Shown here in pieces: positions 25,006-32,000 of a stretch of DNA of 32,000 bases. The translations under genes and the position numbers were made by a program. The stretch covers positions 60,001-92,000 of the forward strand of contig OZ252021.1 of the NCBI GenBank assembly GCA_965247685.1, written 5' to 3'. The notes under the pieces were generated by a model that worked only from the letters and a program-made list of their open reading frames with translations, was not told where the DNA came from and made no database searches. This DNA is from Bdellovibrionales bacterium (GTDB lineage: Bacteria > Bdellovibrionota > Bdellovibrionia > Bdellovibrionales > UBA1609). Position 1 is the first letter of the stretch, and each line of letters begins with the position of its first letter.

Positions 25006-26310
25006 ATGAACATTATAGATAAATTCTTTGGAATCACTCAAAATAAAAGCACTATCCACACTGAGTTGCGAGCAGGGCTTGTGACTTTCTTATCTATGCT
25101 TTACATCATTCATGTTCATCCCACAATTATTAGCCAAGCTGGACTTTCTTTCAATGCTTGTGTCACCTCCACTGTTCTTATTTGTTTTTTCTCATCTCTA
25201 ACAATGAGTCTTTACGCCAAAAATCCTCTAGCTTTAGCGCCTGGATTAGGAATGAATAGTTTTTTCACCTTCACCATGGTTCAACAAATGAACATTCCAT
25301 TTGAACAAGCTTTAGGTGCTACTTTTTGGTCTGGTGTTTTCTTTCTGCTTCTGTCTATTTTTAAAATACGAGAAAATATTATAAAAAGTGTGCCAAATTC
25401 TTTAAAAAAAGCTGTCGCTGGAGGAATTGGTCTTTTTATTGCCCTTATTGGATTTCGACAAGGAGAATGGATCACCTCCTCTTCCGAAACACTTCTTAAA
25501 ACTCAATCATGGAATATAAAAAATATCATCTTCATTGTAGGTGTATTTTTAACATCTTATCTATTAGTTAAAAAAATAAAGGGAAGTTTTCTAATCTCGA
25601 TTATTTTAATCACCGCACTGTGTTTCTTACTCAACCCTCTTTCTCCAACCCCTCTTGTAGAGTTTACAAGTTTTATAACACAACCTGATTTTTCTTTAAT
25701 AGGAAAACTCGATTTGATTCACTCTCTTCAGTGGAGCTTATGGCCTATTTTATTTACTCTCTGTTTTGTAGATTTATTTGAAAGTTTAGGAACTTTTATG
25801 GGTCTTTTAAACCGATTTCATTTAACAGATGAAAAAACGAATACACCTCGAAGATTAAAAGAATCTCTTATTACAGACGCCCTCAGCACTGTCTATTCAG
25901 CCCTTCTTGGATCCAGTTCCTCAACCGTTTATGTGGAATCTGCAGCAGGTCTGCAAGAAGGAGGACGTACAGGACTCACAGCTTTGGTGACTGCATTTTT
26001 ATTTTTACCATTTATGTTTTTATCCCCATTAATATCTATGATACCTCCCATAGCCACCGCACCTATTCTCGTCATCATTGGAGCATTAATGATCCAACCT
26101 ATTGCTGAAATACCGTGGAATCAAATGGATGAAGCACTGCCAGCATTTCTCACTTTTTTTCTTATTCCCTTCACTTTTTCTATCACCAACGGATTAGTGT
26201 GGGGATTCTTAAGTTATACTTTTATCAAAATATGTATGCGAAAAAATGTTCATCCATTTCTATATATCATCAGTCTCTTTTGCATACTTTCTATCTTCAT
26301 TAGTTATTAA
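25006..26310 (+). CDS. NCS2-family purine permease (AzgA/PbuG-like adenine/guanine/hypoxanthine transporter)
   Basis: 434 aa, polytopic. The N-terminus FFGITQNKSTIHTELRAGLVTFLSMLYIIHVHP matches the AzgA-type signature, and VESAAG..EGGRTGLT is present. Confidence 0.9.
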   Translation: MNIIDKFFGITQNKSTIHTELRAGLVTFLSMLYIIHVHPTIISQAGLSFNACVTSTVLICFFSSLTMSLYAKNPLALAPGLGMNSFFTFTMVQQMNIPFEQALGATFWSGVFFLLLSIFKIRENIIKSVPNSLKKAVAGGIGLFIALIGFRQGEWITSSSETLLKTQSWNIKNIIFIVGVFLTSYLLVKKIKGSFLISIILITALCFLLNPLSPTPLVEFTSFITQPDFSLIGKLDLIHSLQWSLWPILFTLCFVDLFESLGTFMGLLNRFHLTDEKTNTPRRLKESLITDALSTVYSALLGSSSSTVYVESAAGLQEGGRTGLTALVTAFLFLPFMFLSPLISMIPPIATAPILVIIGALMIQPIAEIPWNQMDEALPAFLTFFLIPFTFSITNGLVWGFLSYTFIKICMRKNVHPFLYIISLFCILSIFISY

Positions 26311-26336
26311 GTTAAAATATCAACCAGTCTTTCACA

Positions 26337-26765
26337 TTAAGAAATATAAAGCATCCTCTTAGAATTTTCCCATTTAAAATCTAAACGAGTGCAATCCCAA
26401 TCTGTCGGCCATGCAGAAGAAGAAAGTTTATCTGCCCATTCTACAAAAATAATTCCTTTTTTTTGTAAAAATAATTCAAAAAAACCAAAAGACTCTAACT
26501 CCTCTTCCTTTCGAATACGATATAAATCAATATGATCCACCTTATAACCATTCCAGGAGTAAATTTGATGAAGTACAAATGTAGGAGAAGGAACTTCTTG
26601 ATTATACCCCATGACTCTAAGAGATAGGCGAACCCACTCACTTTTTCCAATTCCTAAAGGACCTGTCAAAAGAATCAACTGCTTTTCACCCCATTGTGAT
26701 GAAAAACGAGAAACTAGTTTTTCAAATTGATCGTAAGAATTCACATTATAAGATGCAGTAGGCAT
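26337..26765 (-). CDS. tsaE: tRNA t6A37 threonylcarbamoyltransferase complex ATPase TsaE
   Basis: 142 aa. P-loop GPLGIGKSE, SPTFVLHQIY and HIDLYRI. Its ATG shares one base with the glmM stop (TAATG). Confidence 0.85.
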   Translation of the reverse strand: MPTASYNVNSYDQFEKLVSRFSSQWGEKQLILLTGPLGIGKSEWVRLSLRVMGYNQEVPSPTFVLHQIYSWNGYKVDHIDLYRIRKEEELESFGFFELFLQKKGIIFVEWADKLSSSAWPTDWDCTRLDFKWENSKRMLYIS

Positions 26766-28108
26766 TAATTGAGATGCACCTGAATAAACTCTGAAATTTC
26801 ACTCACACAAGATTGGACTTTCTTTGTGTCTTCTCCCTCCACCAACACACGAGCCATAGGTTCAGTACCAGAAAAACGCACATAAAAACGACCATTTTTC
26901 CCAAGTTTCTTTTCCACACTTTGAGTTAAATTATCGTAGCCCTTTAGTTCTTTTAATGGAGTTTTGTGTGCAATAGGTACAGACTCCACTATTTGAGGAA
27001 ACAAAGAAAAATTAGATATCAATTCACTCAATCTTTTGCTCTCAGATTTCATCACAGCCAACATATTTAAAGCTGCAATGCAGGCATCTCCTGTGTGGCT
27101 TGAAAAAATAATATGCCCTGAAGGCTCTCCACCCAGAATAATATTATCTGATAACATTCGCTTGATAATATTTCGATCTCCTACATCTTCTCGAATGAGA
27201 TCAATGGAATTTTGACGAAGTAAATTTTCTAAACCTATATTAGACATGACTGTAGACACAACTTTATTAATGGAATGTGTTTTTTTCAAATGCAGAGCTA
27301 ATACACCTAAGATATGATCGCCATTTAAAACAAAACCTGTCTCATCTACCATAATGACACGATCTGCATCTCCATCTAAGGCAATGCCTACATGAGCTTT
27401 GTTTTTTAAAACAGATCGCTTTAAGTTTTCAGGAAATAATGCTCCACAGTCCTTATTGATATTATAGCCATTAGGTTTATTTCCTATAACCACAACTTCT
27501 GCACCTAATTCTTCAAATATAGCAGGAGCAACACGATAAGCTGCACCATGCGCACAGTCTAAAACAATCTTCATACCATCTAAAGTGAGATTATTTGGAA
27601 AAATGTTTTTCACATATACAATATATCTTCCTGCCGCATCATCAATTCTTCGAGTTCGCCCTACTTCACTCACAGTACTTCTTTCCTTCTGATCAGAAAA
27701 CACAAAATGCTCAATCTCTTCTTGCATTTCATCTGAGATCTTAAAACCATCTGCTCCAAAAATTTTTATTCCATTATCTTGATAAAAATTATGAGAGGCG
27801 GAAATGATGACACCAGCATGCGCCCTCATGTTTTGAGCTAAAAAACCAATACCTGGAGTCGGTAAAGGACCTGTGAGCTGCACCCAAACTCCAACAGAAT
27901 TAAGACCACTTGCTAAAGCCTGCTCTAACATATATCCCGACAAGCGAGTGTCTTTACCAATTAAAACCATAGGACGAGGATGATCTTTAAATTCCCTCAG
28001 TAAAATAACTCCTAAAGCTTGTCCCACTTTTAATATAATTTCAGGTAAAATAGGAAACTGATTAGCTGTTCCTCGAATACCATCTGTACCAAATAGTTTT
28101 TTCTTCAT
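26765..28108 (-). CDS. glmM: Phosphoglucosamine mutase
   Basis: 447 aa. Motifs FGTDGIRG, phospho-Ser loop ISASHNFYQDNGIK, metal loop ALDGDADR, sugar loop GGEPSGH, and RFSGTEP. Confidence 0.95.
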   Translation of the reverse strand: MKKKLFGTDGIRGTANQFPILPEIILKVGQALGVILLREFKDHPRPMVLIGKDTRLSGYMLEQALASGLNSVGVWVQLTGPLPTPGIGFLAQNMRAHAGVIISASHNFYQDNGIKIFGADGFKISDEMQEEIEHFVFSDQKERSTVSEVGRTRRIDDAAGRYIVYVKNIFPNNLTLDGMKIVLDCAHGAAYRVAPAIFEELGAEVVVIGNKPNGYNINKDCGALFPENLKRSVLKNKAHVGIALDGDADRVIMVDETGFVLNGDHILGVLALHLKKTHSINKVVSTVMSNIGLENLLRQNSIDLIREDVGDRNIIKRMLSDNIILGGEPSGHIIFSSHTGDACIAALNMLAVMKSESKRLSELISNFSLFPQIVESVPIAHKTPLKELKGYDNLTQSVEKKLGKNGRFYVRFSGTEPMARVLVEGEDTKKVQSCVSEISEFIQVHLN

Positions 28109-28119
28109 TGTTCAATATG

Positions 28120-30213
28120 TTAGTTTTGAACGATGGAAGAACGTGAAGGTTTTTGAAATAAAGACATATCCCAAGCAATATTCACGGCTTCTTCTACATC
28201 TGCACGGTTTAAATATTCTTTTTGAAACTCTGGATCATTTGGATTTAAACTAATAATCTCTTCTCTTTCTTGTACTTCATCATTTCTTTTTTGTACTTGG
28301 CCCAAAACTTTTTCAATACTCACTATATCTGATTCTTCCAGTCCTTTTTTATACTCAACAATCTCTTTTTTCACTTTTTTAAATTTCTCACTTTTTTGAA
28401 CACGAGATAAAGAACGCATCTTAAGTTTTCTAATCAAAGAATTATTCACTTGCGATATATTTCGATCATCCACTCGGCTCAAAAAAGAAGCGATATGCTG
28501 TTGAGGAAGCACATAATCTAATTTTTTTTCTCCATATGAATCTACATCTAAAACACTAGGAAAAACAATATCTGAGTCTACACCCATTTTTTGAATGGAT
28601 CGACCACCTGGAATAAAAAATAAACCAACTGTTACTTTTATAGCTCCTAAACCAGCAGGTAAATTCTCAACAGATTGAATACTTCCCTTGCCAAAAGTGT
28701 GATTTCCTCCCACAATAACAGCTCTTTTGTAATCTTTTAAGGCTCCAGCAACAATTTCTGATGCACTCGCACTGCTGCGATTGACTAATACCACCAATGG
28801 GCCCTCATATTCCGCCACTCCATCATCATCTTCCATCGTGTGATAGACAGATCGACGGGCAAACCCTTTCACCATCTGTCGAACAATATTTCCTTTTTTT
28901 AAAAATAATCCAGCCACCTTAACGGCCTCAGCTAAAACTCCTCCACCATTACTAGATAAATCTAAGACTACAGCTTTAACATTTTTCTTTTTCAATTCTT
29001 TAATGATTCTTTTTAAATCTTTAGATACTAAGCGATGGCTCGAATCAAATTGATTAGAACCTCCATAGAAAGAAGGCACTCGAATTACTGCTACATTTTT
29101 TTCTTTACCTTGAGTTTTTCTTGTTGAATAAATGACGGAGACAGCCCCTTCTTTGAGTTCAATGCGGTCTCTAGCAAGAGTCACAATCATTTTTTGACTC
29201 TTGCCACTTTTAAGTTCCCTCAATAATTTGAGGTAAACTTTTGTCCCTTTCTTTCCTCTTACCATTTCTACAACATCTCTCAGATCCCAGCCAAAAATAT
29301 TAATGAGTTTACCTCGTTTTTGACCAATGGCTAAAATCTTATCTTTTCTTTTTAAAAGACCAGATTTTTGGGCCGAGCCTCCAGTGAGCAGCCTTTCTAT
29401 AATAGTGTAGCCATATCTTGAACTCAAAGAAGCACCAATACCTTCTAAAGAAAGCTGCATATTGATTTCAAAATCATCCAACTCATAGCCTGAAAAATAG
29501 CTAGAATGAGGATCTAAGGAACGAGCAAAACTATCTAAGTACAAAGAGTACCATCGCTCTTTTTTACAAGTTTTGACTAACTTATTTTTTCTTTCTTGTT
29601 TATCACAATACTCCAACCTTTCTGTAGAAGGGAGAGGGTCCCAACTATATACTTTTTGTTTCATTCTGTCATAAATACCCTTCAAATGCTTTTTAGCTTT
29701 GGATTCATCTTTTTCAATAGTCATAATGCTTGCAAGCTCATAATGAATGTATTTACGATGTAGCTGATTTAATTCAGCTTTGTTTTTAGCATATTTTCTT
29801 TTATCACTATCTAAAATGAGGGTAATACTCTTATCCAGTTTAAAACCTTTTTTAGCAATTTCATCCTGAGTAAACTGAGCTCTCTGACGAATTCTTTCAT
29901 AAAATAAGTTGTAAACCTTAACTAAATTATCACACCTCACCTTCTCTAAATCTTTAAATAAAAAGCTCAGCCAATTTTTGATTTGATTCACATCCGACTG
30001 AATGAAATAAATTTTATTACTGTCCAAATTCTCAATTAATTGATTGATAACTCGTTTCTGTAATTTTTTGGACAGTCGATTCTGACTGACATGGGTCGAT
30101 AGATATTGATATTGAATAGAATTAATCTTTTCACAACTGAGATCATAAGCCCAAGAACAAAAAGAAAAACATAAAACTAGAACAAATATAAGTTTACTAT
30201 ATATCATAATCAC
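28120..30213 (-). CDS. prc: Tail-specific (C-terminal processing) protease, S41 family
   Basis: 697 aa. Signal peptide, PDZ region, and S41 core (DLSSNGGGVL, SASASEIVAGALKDY, GKGSIQ). It has a long N-terminal helical domain and a C-terminal extension, as in Prc. The GTG start overlaps the topA stop (GTGA); the ATG at 30207 is an alternative. Confidence 0.9.
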   Translation of the reverse strand: MIMIYSKLIFVLVLCFSFCSWAYDLSCEKINSIQYQYLSTHVSQNRLSKKLQKRVINQLIENLDSNKIYFIQSDVNQIKNWLSFLFKDLEKVRCDNLVKVYNLFYERIRQRAQFTQDEIAKKGFKLDKSITLILDSDKRKYAKNKAELNQLHRKYIHYELASIMTIEKDESKAKKHLKGIYDRMKQKVYSWDPLPSTERLEYCDKQERKNKLVKTCKKERWYSLYLDSFARSLDPHSSYFSGYELDDFEINMQLSLEGIGASLSSRYGYTIIERLLTGGSAQKSGLLKRKDKILAIGQKRGKLINIFGWDLRDVVEMVRGKKGTKVYLKLLRELKSGKSQKMIVTLARDRIELKEGAVSVIYSTRKTQGKEKNVAVIRVPSFYGGSNQFDSSHRLVSKDLKRIIKELKKKNVKAVVLDLSSNGGGVLAEAVKVAGLFLKKGNIVRQMVKGFARRSVYHTMEDDDGVAEYEGPLVVLVNRSSASASEIVAGALKDYKRAVIVGGNHTFGKGSIQSVENLPAGLGAIKVTVGLFFIPGGRSIQKMGVDSDIVFPSVLDVDSYGEKKLDYVLPQQHIASFLSRVDDRNISQVNNSLIRKLKMRSLSRVQKSEKFKKVKKEIVEYKKGLEESDIVSIEKVLGQVQKRNDEVQEREEIISLNPNDPEFQKEYLNRADVEEAVNIAWDMSLFQKPSRSSIVQN

Positions 30214-32000
30214 CGCACATAACTTGCCTTTTTGGACTTCTTATCCTTTTTTAACATAGAAAGATTCTTCACATCAATCTTGTTTTTTTTAACAACTGTA
30301 CCCAGTAGCTGGACAGCCTGTTTGAGATCAATAGAAGCTACAGATATCTCTTTCGGTACAGAAATCCTTTGAGAACCACTTTGAATATAAGGTCCATATT
30401 TACCGTCTAATATTTGAATAGGTTTTTCAGTACCTGGATGCACACCAATATCTTTTAATACTTTCTTACTTCTTGTTTTTTTAGGTTCTTTCAAAATAGA
30501 TAAAGCCTGTTCTAAAGTTATATTAAAGAAATCATCTATGGAACGTACCGAACGAAAATCTCCATCATGTACAATATAAGGGCCAAACCTTCCAATACCT
30601 TTTTTAACCTCTTTAGAAGTCTCTGGATGAACCCCTAAAGCTTCTGGAAGTTTTAATAGCTTTAATGCCATCTCTAAATCCACTATATCTGAATCCAGAT
30701 CTCTGGGAATAGAGACTCTCTTTACATCAGATTTTTTATCTTCTGCGTCTCCTCTTTGTACATAAGGACCATACTTGCCTGTAAGTACATAAACAGGCTG
30801 ATTCGTTTCCGGATCACTACCTAAACTATCATGACCTTTTTCTTTTTTATCCATAAGATCCATTAAAAACTCCTTGGTTAAATCTGAGGGGTAAACATTC
30901 ATAGGAAGAGAAGATGACACATCTTTTTTACCTTTGCTATATGTCACATAAGATCCATAAGGACCTGCAGAAAAAACAAAATCCGAAAGCCCATCAAAAG
31001 TCATTGATCGGCTATTAGAATCAACTTTATGATTTTCTACTTGTTTTTTGAGTCCTTTAGATCCAAGAAAAAATTGTTTTAAAAACTGAATGGATTCTTT
31101 TTTACCCACAGCAATATCGTCTAAAATTTGTTCCATATCTGAAGTGAATTGACGACTGACATAATTAGGAAAATGATCAGTCAAAAATTTCGTGACAATA
31201 ATACCTGTCATTGTTGGAATAAGAGCGTTTTTATCCTTAAAAACATATCCTCTTTTTTGTATGGTCGCAATAATAGCGGCATAGGTAGAAGGTCGGCCAA
31301 TGCCCTCTTTTTCTAATGTCTGAACTAAGGAAGCTTCAGTATAACGTGCGAGAGGTCGAGTTTCATGATCGGATTCTTTAACACTCTTACAAGAAAGCTT
31401 ATCCGAAGCTTTTAAAGATGGTAATGGATTTTCTTTAATATCAGAATCTCCACTTTGATAGATTTTATAAAAACCATCAAACACAGTTTGAGTCCCAGAA
31501 AGAGAAAAAACAGCTTCATTCTTGGATGCAGTCACACGAGCAGAAACTCTTTTTTGCTGACAGTCTTCTGCCTGACTAGCCAAAGTTCTTTGCCAAATAA
31601 TTTGATAAAGTTTTAAAAGGTAACCTGTAAGCCCTGCATCTTTAGGATGAACAAAAGGAGTGCCTGCTGGACGAATCGCCTCATGAGCTTCTTGAGCTCC
31701 CTTAGATTTATTTTTATAAATCCGAGGTTGAGCGGGCAGATATTCTTTTCCGTATAAGCTTTGAATAGCTTTACGACTAGATTGAATAGCCTGCTGAGAT
31801 AAAAATACTGCATCTGTTCTCATATAAGTAATAAAACCTCTCTCATAAAGTTTTTGCGCTAAGTTCATTGTTTCCTTAGTGCTGAGAGAAAGTTTACGAT
31901 TTGCTTCTTGCTGCAAAGTGGATGTTGTGAAGGGAGGTTGAGGTTTTTTTGTATGCATCTGCGTCTTTACATCTGAAACCTCATAGGACAAAGATTGAAG
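30210..32000 (-). CDS. topA: DNA topoisomerase I (5' end outside window)
   Basis: The frame is open to the window edge. Active-site GFITYMRTD (Tyr at 31824-31826), EAHEAIRP, IGRPSTYA. The C-terminal region has four G.(Y/F)GPY repeats and a Lys-rich tail. Confidence 0.95.
   Translation of the reverse strand, partial: LQSLSYEVSDVKTQMHTKKPQPPFTTSTLQQEANRKLSLSTKETMNLAQKLYERGFITYMRTDAVFLSQQAIQSSRKAIQSLYGKEYLPAQPRIYKNKSKGAQEAHEAIRPAGTPFVHPKDAGLTGYLLKLYQIIWQRTLASQAEDCQQKRVSARVTASKNEAVFSLSGTQTVFDGFYKIYQSGDSDIKENPLPSLKASDKLSCKSVKESDHETRPLARYTEASLVQTLEKEGIGRPSTYAAIIATIQKRGYVFKDKNALIPTMTGIIVTKFLTDHFPNYVSRQFTSDMEQILDDIAVGKKESIQFLKQFFLGSKGLKKQVENHKVDSNSRSMTFDGLSDFVFSAGPYGSYVTYSKGKKDVSSSLPMNVYPSDLTKEFLMDLMDKKEKGHDSLGSDPETNQPVYVLTGKYGPYVQRGDAEDKKSDVKRVSIPRDLDSDIVDLEMALKLLKLPEALGVHPETSKEVKKGIGRFGPYIVHDGDFRSVRSIDDFFNITLEQALSILKEPKKTRSKKVLKDIGVHPGTEKPIQILDGKYGPYIQSGSQRISVPKEISVASIDLKQAVQLLGTVVKKNKIDVKNLSMLKKDKKSKKASYVR

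Noticed and set aside
27770-27802. GlmM phospho-Ser loop reads SASHNFYQDNG instead of the usual SASHNP..DNG
   Set aside because: This is a single conservative-context substitution outside the catalytic Ser. All other GlmM motifs are intact, so it is not evidence of altered function.
1106-31813. Short ORFs from the six-frame track nested inside or antisense to larger genes (e.g. 1106-1426, 5334-5546, 5588-5785, 6037-6249, 6424-6705, 6883-7092, 7924-8205, 8615-8818, 9682-9888, 10694-10900, 11112-11342, 13331-13537, 19261-19506, 19342-19527, 19640-19825, 19862-20059, 20433-20654, 20852-21118, 21240-21446, 21753-22004, 24874-25059, 25281-25475, 31613-31813)
   Set aside because: Each lies within a longer ORF that has clear family motifs. 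Their translations are low-complexity or Cys/Arg/Phe-rich with no signals (no SD, no motif). They are treated as frame noise.
31989-31991. ATG at 31991 as the topA start (ORF-track call)
   Set aside because: The translated sequence there is already mid-protein, with the active-site GFITYMRTD 50 residues later. The frame stays open to the window edge, so the gene is truncated by the window.
1-32000. Search by eye for CRISPR arrays, tandem or long inverted repeats, IS ends, integrase/transposase/recombinase, toxin-antitoxin pairs, restriction-modification or other known defence genes, tRNA/rRNA genes
   Set aside because: I found none. Intergenic regions are short (mostly under 180 nt) and contain only promoter-like or weak hairpin elements. 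A computational repeat and tRNA scan would be needed to be certain.

Overview
AT-rich (mid-30s %GC by eye), densely coding bacterial chromosomal segment. I call 29 protein genes. I found no rRNA, tRNA, CRISPR array, IS element, integrase or long repeat. Most of the window is housekeeping, arranged in tight co-directional blocks that often overlap start and stop codons. On the minus strand these are folE2-uvrA-purF-ldcA (0-5.9 kb), a GYF protein with argS (16.8-19.0 kb), thrS-infC (20.4-22.9 kb) and topA(partial)-prc-glmM-tsaE (26.3-32.0 kb). On the plus strand they are gdh-pyrD-ihfB (9.2-11.9 kb). The only accessory-looking stretch is about 12.0-16.8 kb. It holds seven consecutive genes with no assignable function, mostly envelope or secreted proteins, including a lipoprotein metzincin translationally coupled to a membrane-anchored orphan protein. 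I see no canonical defence or mobile system. The best candidates for something undescribed are that metzincin module with its neighbouring orphan small genes, and an FHA-GGDEF (DgcB-like) diguanylate cyclase transcribed behind an acidic coiled-coil protein. Other points are a UvrA lacking the insertion domain, an infC that most likely starts at ATT 20 codons upstream of the ORF-track start, a VKOR-DsbA fusion, and a zinc-free TopA C-terminus. The FHA-GGDEF architecture and the low GC are compatible with a Bdellovibrionota/Oligoflexia-like organism, but I cannot verify this without a database search. All functional calls come from motifs read by eye in the supplied translations.
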